The notes under the pieces were generated by a model. That model saw only the letters and a list, made by a program, of their open reading frames with translations, was not told the DNA's origin and made no database searches. Below, piece after piece: positions 1 to 7,636 of a stretch of 7,758 nt of DNA. Where the stretch lies: positions 1-7,758 of the forward strand of contig JBJCIZ010001060.1 of the NCBI GenBank assembly GCA_051294375.1, given 5' to 3'. Source of the stretch: Paraspadella gotoi (Eukaryota; Animalia; Chaetognatha). The position numbers and the translations under genes are program-made. Each line of letters opens with the position of its first letter. Positions within the stretch are counted from its first letter, which is position 1.

Positions 1-35
1 ACTGTACTAAAACTTAAAATCAATTCTGCTTGTAG

Positions 36-378
36 GCTCAATAAACAATATACGTAAGTATATTTTGTTTTATTTTGTTTGATCAAAAGCTAATGAGTTT
101 TTGTTAGTGCATGCAGACAAAATTTATCACTGCCAACACTCTGGTTATTAATATCAAATGAAAGAATGAATAAATAAAAAGGTATGTTTATTGACTTCAT
201 AATTCATTTTTTTTTTAATCAAAAATTCATTTCAGTAGGTGAAATAAAGAATAATCTCGGGCTTCTCGCGCAAATGCCCAACACCTCCAGAAAGACTTGT
301 TTTTCCTTATTAACGCGATGGAGGAGAATGCAGTCAACAAAACATGACTGCACCGATATATCGAGTGAAGGCGAGTAA
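36..378 (+). CDS. 3' exons of an unknown spliced gene (exons 36-53, 108 or 117-181, 236-378), convergent with the putative transposase; possible transposon accessory gene; one in-frame TAA at 175-177
   Basis: Splice signals: TTGTAG|36, 53|GTAAGT, branch-like GCTAAT at 89-94, TGTTAG|108, 181|GTATGT and TTTCAG|236. Both introns are 54 bp and the phases are compatible. Translation: LNKQYTACRQNLSLPTLWLLISNERMNK*KVGEIKNNLGLLAQMPNTSRKTCFSLLTRWRRMQSTKHDCTDISSEGE*. No protein family recognised. Confidence 0.5.
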
Positions 379-380
379 AA

Positions 381-457
381 TTAATTTTGAGAACCATAAC
401 TGTTTCCTCTGGAGATGGCGTGGCCCGCCCGAGCACGATCGCGTTCCAGCTTGCGGA
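381..457 (-). CDS. Last coding exon of putative DDE transposase (Mutator-like/Kolobok type)
   Basis: Acceptor TTCTTAG ends at 458. The exon joins 706-528 in frame across a 70-bp intron and reads VRKLERDRARAGHAISRGNSYGSQN, with stop TAA at 383-381. A basic helix followed by a terminal GxxYG motif resembles the C-termini of this transposase group, by eye. Confidence 0.65.
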
Positions 458-527
458 CTAAGAATCAATATTCAATAATTATGCTTTTAGAAATGGATAT
501 AAGTCAACGTTAAATACAGATAATAAC

Positions 528-706
528 CTTTCGCGGCCTGCTTCCGCCCAGTTTCTCGGTAATTCCGCCGATATTTGCTGCCTTTTGTCCGGAGTTGAAG
601 ATCTTGCTGTAAGCGTCGGCGTTGCGAGATGGGTATGCTCCAGCCCAATTTACGCCATATTTCGTAGATGTAATGATCATCTACATTCAATACAGATGTA
701 TGGAGG
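528..706 (-). CDS. Penultimate coding exon of putative DDE transposase
   Basis: Strong polypyrimidine acceptor TTTTTTGTAG ends at 707, and the donor AAG|GTTATT starts at 527. Only one frame is open: LHTSVLNVDDHYIYEIWRKLGWSIPISQRRRLQQDLQLRTKGSKYRRNYRETGRKQAAK. GC content is higher than in the flanks. Confidence 0.7.
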
Positions 707-889
707 CTACAAAAAATAAAAAAAGGAAATTGAAATATTGATTTTTAGCCGAATCCTCTTACAGCAGATTGTGGCTTTTTGATCTACTTTGTTGATCCAT
801 CTGTCCCCCCCTAAGTCTTGTGGGTGAATCGATTAAATCATGTCAGAACATCGTATTATGAGAAATTAAGCAAAACAAATAAAAACTAT

Positions 890-1010
890 GTCCGTCCGTC
901 CGTCCGTCAGTCCGTCTTTCTGTCGGTCCTTCAGTTGCCCTTCAGCTTTAAACGCCAATTACTCATGATTGTAAGGTGCCATTGACTTGAAATTCTCTTT
1001 GCGAGTAGGA
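890..1010 (+). mobile_element. DINE-1/HINE-like (rolling-circle family) non-autonomous remnant in an intron
   Basis: (GTCC)n microsatellite at 890-930 followed by ACGCCA..CATGATT..GACTTGAAATTCT..GAGTAGGA. This GTCY-microsatellite-plus-core layout is typical of such elements. A related copy lies at 6391-6480 on the minus strand. Termini not found. Confidence 0.45.
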
Positions 1011-1104
1011 AAAAATTTGATTGAGCTGGAAATTATTTTAAACGCGTGGAGTGGAATGAGTTTGAATGGAAAAACATTTCTTTAGGTTTTATATACAGAT
1101 TTAA

Positions 1105-1280
1105 CGTCGACATTCATTTTTCAAATAATTATTCAAGGAATTAAATAATCGTCAGAGTTTTCGTCTCCCCATGCATCGCCATGCTTCTTGTCGTGGTCGT
1201 GAGCAAAAATTATTTATTAATAAATCATCAATCAATCACTCCACTCGTCAGTGTTTATTGTCGTTGACAGTCGCATGTAG
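1105..1280. repeat. About 1.5 copies of a degenerate 100-135 bp repeat (same family as 1811-2255)
   Basis: TCAAATAATTATTCAA at 1121-1136 is identical to 2078-2093. CACTCGTCAGTGTT(T)ATTGTCGT at 1242-1264 matches 1910-1931. ATGCTTCTTGTCG anchor at 1181. Confidence 0.8.
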
Positions 1281-1384
1281 AGATATGCGGTTTCGCCACA
1301 CCCTTTATTTACTTGTTTTGCCATTTCTTTCGTTAGATTGTGGCTTTTTCGTCTTTTTAAGGAGATTTCACTCCTCTTTCTTTT

Positions 1385-1754
1385 CCTACGCAGATATACT
1401 AGCCCCAGTAGAGATACTTAGGCACTTTTTCCGCCCGGTCAAAAAAACGGCGTTTTACTGAGGAGAGACCCACATTCTTATACTCATGGAATGCGTTTGT
1501 GGTCAGACATGTGAACAAGCTTGTAATCTCCATAAGACTTAAACAATAGACTCGTGACAACTTGTGTCTAACCGCCATCGACATGCGTGACAGAGACTCG
1601 CCGACGACAGCCCACAGTGGCTTGACCCACCGGCGACATCGGGTCCTCCACCACGGAATGTCCGATGTTTTGGCGCTCGCGTAATTGCGCCAGATGCGGC
1701 CACGGCCCATTTCGGAGACGTTTTTGGGGGAAAAGAAGGAGCGGTCCTTCGTAA
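1385..1754 (-). pseudogene. Multiply frameshifted internal exon(s) of the putative transposase
   Basis: GC-rich island with acceptor TATTGCAG ending at 1755. Fragments across frames read KWAVAASG / LRERQNIGH / FRGG / TRCRRWVKP and HEYKNVGLSSV..FFDRAEKVPKYLYWG..YLRRK. These match the H..GxHxxCxxW and 'NE......PK..F/W.G' region that precedes the C-terminal helix in this group. The third catalytic Glu is not readable. Confidence 0.5.
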
Positions 1755-1810
1755 CTGCAATAGAGGCGACAGCAGATGGGCACGGCAAGTGTTCAATACA
1801 CGCGCCCTCA

Positions 1811-2255
1811 ATCGTGATGCTTTTTGTCCAAATGGTCAGAGACGAGAAGTATTTATCAAAATACATCAATAAATGGTCAATCACTAAAAAAAGTCATAAA
1901 TGAATCAATCACTCGTCAGTGTTATTGTCGTAGACGTGGCATCAATCGTGGTTGCTTTTGTCGTGTCAGAGAACTGAAAAATATTTAAATTAAAATATCA
2001 ATCAATAATCAATCACTGTGGTGTTAGTGTTGTGACGTCCCCATCATCAACGATGCTTTTATCGTATAATGACAGTATCAAATAATTATTCAATGCCATC
2101 AATCAATGAAAGTCAATCATTACTCCTCAGGTGTTATTGGTTGTCTGCAAACATCGTCGATCCTTGTTGTCTTAGTGACAAAAATTTAATTATCAAATAC
2201 ATTATTTCAATCAATCAACGAAGTCAATTCACCAATCAATCAATAAATGAAGTCT
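1811..2255. repeat. Degenerate tandem repeat, 4 units of about 100-135 bp rich in TCAA
   Basis: The anchor (A/T)TGCTTTT(T)GTCG-like motif recurs at 1817, 1952, 2053 and 2160. Each is followed by an AT-rich block and TCAATCAAT, and in the first three units by a GTGTTA-TTGT-like motif. Confidence 0.8.
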
Positions 2256-4096
2256 TAACATCCTAAGACAACAAGAGCCCGCAACTAACTTTTTTTGTAA
2301 ATCTTTGATTATTATTTATACTATGCATACAAAACTCCTAACCGATCTCCAAGATCGACATTAAGGAGCCCAAGATCCGTTGAAAGCTGATATTTGCTTC
2401 CGTGGAGAGGTGCGATTTTTATCTCTGCACAATAAAATTAATATTATGATACAACGATGGTGGACTGTTTATTTTTCCTTTTGGTCTATTGTTAGATTTT
2501 TATGAAAATTTTACTTCTTTATTTACTTTAAGGCAATGTGGTTTTGATGTTTAGATCAATTTAAATAAACAAAACTATAATAAACTATTATTTATATAAA
2601 TGTTTTTTTCCAATAATCAAATATAGCAGAAAGTTATTCAGAACCATAATAGTTTTAAATAAAGTATTTTAAAGTTTGTCTCGTATAGTATGGTCCCACC
2701 CAGTATATAAAATTAGAATAAGTATATCATTATGGCAATCATATTATTCCAATACCTAAGTTCTCTATGATCTAAGAATTCGCAGGACTCTACCGAGTTG
2801 GATGTAAGTGCGCCCACCGGAGATTAGGCTCAGGCCGAGTATTAGGCATCCAATATTCATCACACAATTTGGGGAAACGCTAAATGTAAATTGCAAAAAA
2901 ATATTTCCCCCTCTGGCTACTTGCGGAGGCAACTAAGTGATGTCACTTTTCGATCGCGTCAAGTGCTTCCGCCTTTTTTAAATCTTTAAAAAAGTTAAAA
3001 AAAAATTATAATCACAATAAATCACCAGAAAGGAATAGCTGTGAAGAACTTCCTTTCAGTGCAACACAATTAAAATTACTATTCTTGTAAAATTTTAAAA
3101 AACGTTTATTTATTACCACTTAAATTTTGTTTAATCAGGATGATATAATTTATTATAAAATTATATTACATCATTGTAATCATCTGTATTAATTTCTTAC
3201 TTAGCAAACAAGTACTCTTGATAAGTCATCTCTTCAGTAATAAAAATTATTGTTATGGCATACTTGTATATTGATCTGACTATGCAGAAATGTAATCATG
3301 GGACAAAAAAGTAATAGAAGCCTATTTTGCCCTCAATATTTTTTTTTTTTTAGTCCAACTTTGCTGATAAGGATCGTTCTTACTCATGTATCCATGTGAT
3401 CAATTCAGAAATATAAAGGTGTTTGGAAACCCCTCGTCACAAGAATTAAGAAGTCGTTGATCTAATCCAAATTAAAATTAAATTAACTACTTAAAATGTA
3501 AACAACAAGCAAAAAATTCTACGTTTTCGAAAACAATGATAAACGGATGATATACTTGAAGAAGATCAGAAACGAAGGTTAAATGTAGCTGATAAATGAC
3601 GATTCTCGCATGACGATTAAAAAGGAGAGAAAAAATAGTTTTTGGTTGTTTTCCCTATTCCCTATTCCCTAATATAAGAGAGAGATGACGTACGGCGACG
3701 GCGACGAGACGCGACGAGGCTTCGCATTGTTTTGGCTAAAAGTATGCTTTGTGACGAAGGTCGGCCAATTCGAGTGCCAGAGGTGAATGGAAATTCACTG
3801 CGAGCAAACACATTGGAAGGACGCGTTCTAGTTTACATCAGCCCCCATTTAAACTAGACGTCAACGGAAAAATGACGACGAAGACAACAAAAATGATGAC
3901 GAATAGGAAGACAAAACTGACAACGAAGAAGACAACAATTCTGATTATTTTTTTTTCTTTCTAAAAACTTTTTATGATCGCCAATTTTTCCGCGCTTTCT
4001 TCTCAATAGCAAAATCCCAAATTTACAAATCCGAGATTTTCATCGGAATTATTTTAGAAAAAGTGAAGAATAACTGATACAGCAGAAATGTTACGC

Positions 4097-4220
4097 TTCT
4101 CTCCGTCTCTCACGCGTCTCTCTCCTTCTCCACCGTCTTCTCTCCTTCTCTCATCCGCTCTCTCTCCGTATCTCTCGTATCTCTCCGTCTCTCTCTGTGT
4201 GGTGTCTGTCTCTCTCTGTA
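4097..4220. repeat. Compound (CT)n / TCTCTCCG microsatellite
   Basis: Directly visible pyrimidine-rich iterations such as CTCTCCGTCTCT, TCTCTCCTTCTC and CTCTCCGTATCTCT. Confidence 0.9.
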
Positions 4221-4969
4221 CGATCTCTTGCGTGTCGTTCGTTTTTGAAAAAAGATTATGATTATTTTTTTCTTTTTACCATTTTGATTAATCGCCATTT
4301 ATTCCCCCTCTTTTTATTATTACAGACCGTACACAAGCATCTCAGACGAAAAAATGGTATTAACCAATATAACCTTTGGCTTTGTTGTATTAAATGCTAG
4401 CGATCCGTTTTTGTCTCTCTCTCTCTGAATGGGAATAACATGATTGTTATCGATAAGAAATAAAATAATAAAATAATGCAAATAGCATACTTATACAGAT
4501 TTCAATTTTGGCCAGAGTAAGTCTTTTCATACTCTGTTGTTGATGTCCAAAACCTGAAATTTTTTCACAATTTTGAATATGCCAGATTGCATGCATAATG
4601 CCAGAGAGATCATATTTTTATACTGCCGTATTTTTCGCCGCTTTAATGGTTTAACTACCAAACAATGTTATCAAGTTATTAAGTTTCATTAATTGAGGGC
4701 AGTGACGATAGTTGAAAATGTGTGTCCCATTTTTTTTTATTCATATCGATTCAAGTGTTTTTTGTTTGATTCACTTCATTATTGATTTAGCTGCAATATG
4801 CAAATTTAGATTATAGTACTTTTTTTTGATACTATACATTGGCAAAAAATCGTCTATTACTTTTAAGATTTTTTTTATTGAATCGTCGTAGTGGAATAAG
4901 TTTTTAATTAAAAAACCAAAAGATCACATATTGCATTTGTATTTTTAAAAACGTTTCTCTATTACCTAT

Positions 4970-5000
4970 GGATTGATTGATTGATTGAAATGATTGATTA
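4970..5000. repeat. (GATT)n microsatellite
   Basis: GATTGATTGATTGATTGAAATGATTGATTA; a second short tract lies near 5114-5130. Confidence 0.85.
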
Positions 5001-5446
5001 TAGTTTTTTTATCCGAAACGAGTGGAAAAGATTTTAAATTTAGGAACAAAAACTATTAATTACTAACATTTTTTAAAAGTTTTCTCTCGCTCTCTCTGTT
5101 GTTTGAATGAGAGATTATTGATTGATTGATAAATTTTCAAATTAATTTCTTAAATAAATATGTTCTTGAATTTATATTTATATCTATTGATTATCTTACT
5201 CAATTCATAGAACATCATTGTAATCATTATGATATTTATGGCGAATCAGCATATAGTCAGTTCAATTATTTTCTGCATCAACAAATGCTGCTAGCTGCTT
5301 ACCGCCTATTGATCGAGCAGAGCCACAACATTGTTTGCTCAAACTGTTTACTTTGTTTGTGATTGCTTTGGGTGATTGAATCATTTTTTAAGCACGAAGT
5401 AATTTATGAATAATTTTTCAAAAACCTGTAGCGTTGCCAAAACGAC

Positions 5447-5468
5447 GGTATTTCGCATGCGAAATACC
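5447..5468. other. Perfect 22-bp palindrome
   Basis: GGTATTTCGCATGCGAAATACC equals its own reverse complement. Confidence 0.95.
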
Positions 5469-5492
5469 CGCGCACAGCGAGCCTGCTACTAG

Positions 5493-5648
5493 TTTCTTTG
5501 CTCAGTTTTTTTCGTAGGGTCCGAATCAAAGTCGAAGCAACGCTTGCAATTTTCGCATTTCATTTTATGTATAAAGTTTCCTCCTGCGTCCACGCGTTGA
5601 TTGCCGTATTTGGGGAAACCCAGTTCCCCTTCCGCATCGCACTTGCAG
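5493..5648 (-). pseudogene. Exon 4 of putative transposase: zinc ribbon, truncated by the Helitron-like end
   Basis: Acceptor AAATAG ends at 5649. The exon reads CKCDAEGELGFPKYGNQRVDAGGNFIHKMKCENCKRCFDFDSDPTKKTEQR (CxC-27-CxxC followed by FxFxSD) and then runs into the CTAG terminus. It is too short to appear in the ORF track. Confidence 0.7.
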
Positions 5649-6052
5649 CTATTTCGAAATGTTATAATGACCAGATTTATTATTTTATTACTAAAATACT
5701 TGACTATATATAAGGGACAAAAAAGTTAGGGGTTTAGGATTAGGTTAAGAGGTTGAGTTTATGCATTAAGATTAGTTATTAATTTTATAAAGTTCAAATA
5801 CATTTTAAGTCTAATATTAAGTCTAAAAATAATTTTAGTAAAAACGAACATATAAAGGGGCACTCTCAAAAAAATAGGGATCCGGCAACATTTTTTTTTT
5901 TTCTAATAAATTGCTTGATTGATTATCTGTCTAGGGACACATAAATACCATGTTTATTCAAAAGTAATAATTACGGGACACACAGGAAGTATGGTTAAAT
6001 GGATTGAGCGACTGAGGCGACTAATCGAGTAGACAAGGTCGGCCAGCTGGGA

Positions 6053-6072
6053 AGAGAGAGAGAGAGAGAGAG
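6053..6072. repeat. (AG)10 microsatellite
   Basis: Directly visible. Confidence 0.95.
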
Positions 6073-6390
6073 TTCGAGTGTCAGAAGTAATATCAGGCTT
6101 TTCCTCGCAGACCCTAAACAAAGTGCCGCAACTCGGGTCAAACCAACTGTTGGAGTGATAAGCCGTCTCCGCCCTAAGTTTGGCTTAATATAATAATATT
6201 TGAAATGCACAAATTATTTGATTGCTTTCGAACGGAAATTATAGTGCAGCACAATATTGTTAATTTGAATAGTCTAAACGAAAAAAAGCCATTATGAAAT
6301 AGGTAAAACAGGTCTTTTCCATTAAAACCTCATTATTCAGTAACAATTTACAAACAATACTTTATTTCACTGAGCCGATTGAATGAACAT

Positions 6391-6480
6391 TCCTACCTCC
6401 TGTAATACCCAGAATTTCAAAGTCCAACTTCGGCTCGCCCGATATAATCATGGCGTGACTGACAGACAGAGCGAAACGGA
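6391..6480 (-). mobile_element. Second DINE-1/HINE-like remnant, inside the 902-bp intron
   Basis: The minus strand reads TCCGTTTCGCTCTGTCTGTCAGTC ACGCCATGATT...GACTTTGAAATTCT...GAGGTAGGA, with the same motif order as 890-1010. True boundaries unknown. Confidence 0.4.
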
Positions 6481-6550
6481 CTTCGAAGTTTTAGGCATAA
6501 TTTCGTGCACATGTGACAGTTACAAGGTTAATGTCATCTTCAATACTTAC

Positions 6551-6879
6551 TGGATTAAAAAAGATCTCGAAACAGTCTTATCACCTGCCAACAGTGGCCG
6601 ACAAATAGTTGGCTCCTGTCGACGGGGAATCTTGACACATAGCGTCGATCTGAAACGCCACCATCTCCGTCTTCTTCATTGACGTCTTCAAATAGGTCGT
6701 CATCATCATCATCGTCATCATCATCGTGGTTTGCACCACCCTTGTTTTCAACATTATCCTCGATGGAATCCGAGTCAGAATTGTCCTCGACGCTCATTGG
6801 ATGGTAATCCTTGTCGATGTCATCATTGTCGATGACGTCCTCGTCGTTGTCGGCGTCGTCCAAACTCGAAGACGGCGAC
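6551..6879 (-). CDS. Exon 3 of putative transposase: long Asp/Glu-rich tract; apparent 1-nt frameshift in the T6 run at 6562-6557
   Basis: Joins exon 2 in frame across a 53-bp intron (6932-6880, GTAG...GTAG). Reads SPSSSLDDADNDEDVIDNDD...DDDDDDDDDDLFEDVNEEDG...SQLFVGHCWQVIRLFRDLF. A perfect GTAAGT donor starts at 6550. One extra T would give DLFLIH|CKC, in frame with exon 4. The alternative donor at 6584 is out of phase with exon 4. Confidence 0.7.
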
Positions 6880-6932
6880 CTACCGTTTATTTTTTATATA
6901 AAAGGTTTTAAATATTTTTTTAATTTTTCTAC

Positions 6933-6996
6933 CTTTCAAAATCAACCGGCGAAGATTTTCTTGATGACGGGCGCCCTCTTTTTCTTTTACTCAACT
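6933..6996 (-). CDS. Exon 2 of putative transposase with AT-hook motif
   Basis: Acceptor CCTTTTAG ends at 6997 after a pyrimidine tract, and the donor AAG|GTAGAA starts at 6932. Reads LSKRKRGRPSSRKSSPVDFER, with the canonical AT-hook core RGRP. Confidence 0.75.
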
Positions 6997-7107
6997 CTAA
7001 AAGGTTTAATAAAAAAAGGGAGAGACAAAAATGAAAAAGAAAGCTATTTTCTGTTATTGTCACAAACTAGGAGTCACTCTTAAAAACCTTTGGACCGGTA
7101 TGATTAC

Positions 7108-7210
7108 CGTATCTCGGAGGTCTGCCTTTTTTTTCCTCTACAGAAGGCATCTTTTCCCAACGTGTCAACGCCGCGGACAAGGCTTTGTTTTTCCCTTTTT
7201 TTCTCGGCAT
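7108..7210 (-). CDS. First coding exon of putative transposase (basic N-terminus, AT-hook-like KKGRPPR)
   Basis: ATG at 7210; MPRKKGKNKALSAALTRWEKMPSVEEKKGRPPRY. The phase-1 donor G|GTAATC at 7107 matches the phase of exon 2 across a 111-bp intron. Confidence 0.7.
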
Positions 7211-7636
7211 AATCACGGCTTCACCTTATTTGATGAGATATATATTTTGGCGACATACGTCAAAGGCTACTGTCATACAATTGTTTTACAACCTGAAAGT
7301 CACCAGGCTTGAATTTGTTTTTCGCGATTGTCTTTGGGTCTTCGGATTAACCCCGTGAAGAAAAAAAGTTGTTTCGATTTTGGTAAAAAAATCAAAGAAA
7401 CGCAATTCCACATAAATATTTAAACAGAAAAGAAAAAATTAATAAAAAAAAGTTTTTAACCAATAGCAAATTAAACACAGTAACAAAAAAATTTATCGCT
7501 AGATTTTTCTGAGAATGTTTTTATTCAAAAGCGAGAACCACAAATTTTTTACGTCTTCTCGAAACTTCCAGTCGTGGAAAAAGTTGAAAAAGCTAAGAAA
7601 ACCGATGGAGTAAAAACAATTCATAGAAAGTTTTCG

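Larger units (their letters stand above)
3651..5492 (+). mobile_element. Candidate non-autonomous Helitron (3' end well supported, 5' end tentative)
   Basis: 3' end: imperfect GC hairpin CGCGCACAGCGAG at 5469-5481, then CTAG at 5489-5492 followed by T, exactly where the zinc-ribbon exon is cut. 5' candidate: (TTCCCTA)3 ATATAAGAGAG at 3651-3682. The interior is non-coding and rich in microsatellites. No RepHel ORF. Confidence 0.5.

Noticed and set aside
1486-1541. Plus-strand C2H2-like peptide ECVCGQTCEQACNLHKT
   Set aside because: It lacks the second His, is closed by stops, and is antisense to the better-supported transposase fragment.
1399-1884. 161-aa ORF as a standalone gene
   Set aside because: It starts inside the tandem repeat and only parts look like protein. 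It is better explained as a frameshifted exon.
1811-2255. CRISPR-like array
   Set aside because: Whole units are homologous, with no invariant repeat and unique spacers. The context is eukaryotic and there are no cas genes.
4110-4400. ORFs 4110-4298 (-) and 4197-4400 (+)
   Set aside because: They are translations of the CT/GA microsatellite and T-runs.
3300-5726. Exact repeats GGGACAAAAAAGT (3300, 5714) and ATTTGGGGAAAC (2867, 5608)
   Set aside because: Isolated 12-13-mers with no flanking similarity are plausible by chance in AT-rich DNA of this length.
5725-5752. Telomere-like TTAGG repeats
   Set aside because: Only 3-4 degenerate units, internal and irregular.
5852-5890. ATAAAGGGGCACTCTCA as a Kolobok/T2-MITE terminus
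   Set aside because: The target site is not TTAA and I found no inverted partner in the window.
6071-6083. Pol III B-box / tRNA-derived SINE (GTTCGAGTG)
   Set aside because: No convincing A-box at suitable spacing and no cloverleaf.
5498-7312. Plus-strand ORFs 5498-5713, 6383-6682, 6726-6911, 6811-7083 and 7031-7312
   Set aside because: They are largely antisense shadows of the minus-strand exons, with no motifs or coherent splice pattern.
7347-7360. TTAACCC piggyBac-like end
   Set aside because: No matching GGGTTAA partner and no piggyBac coding remnants.
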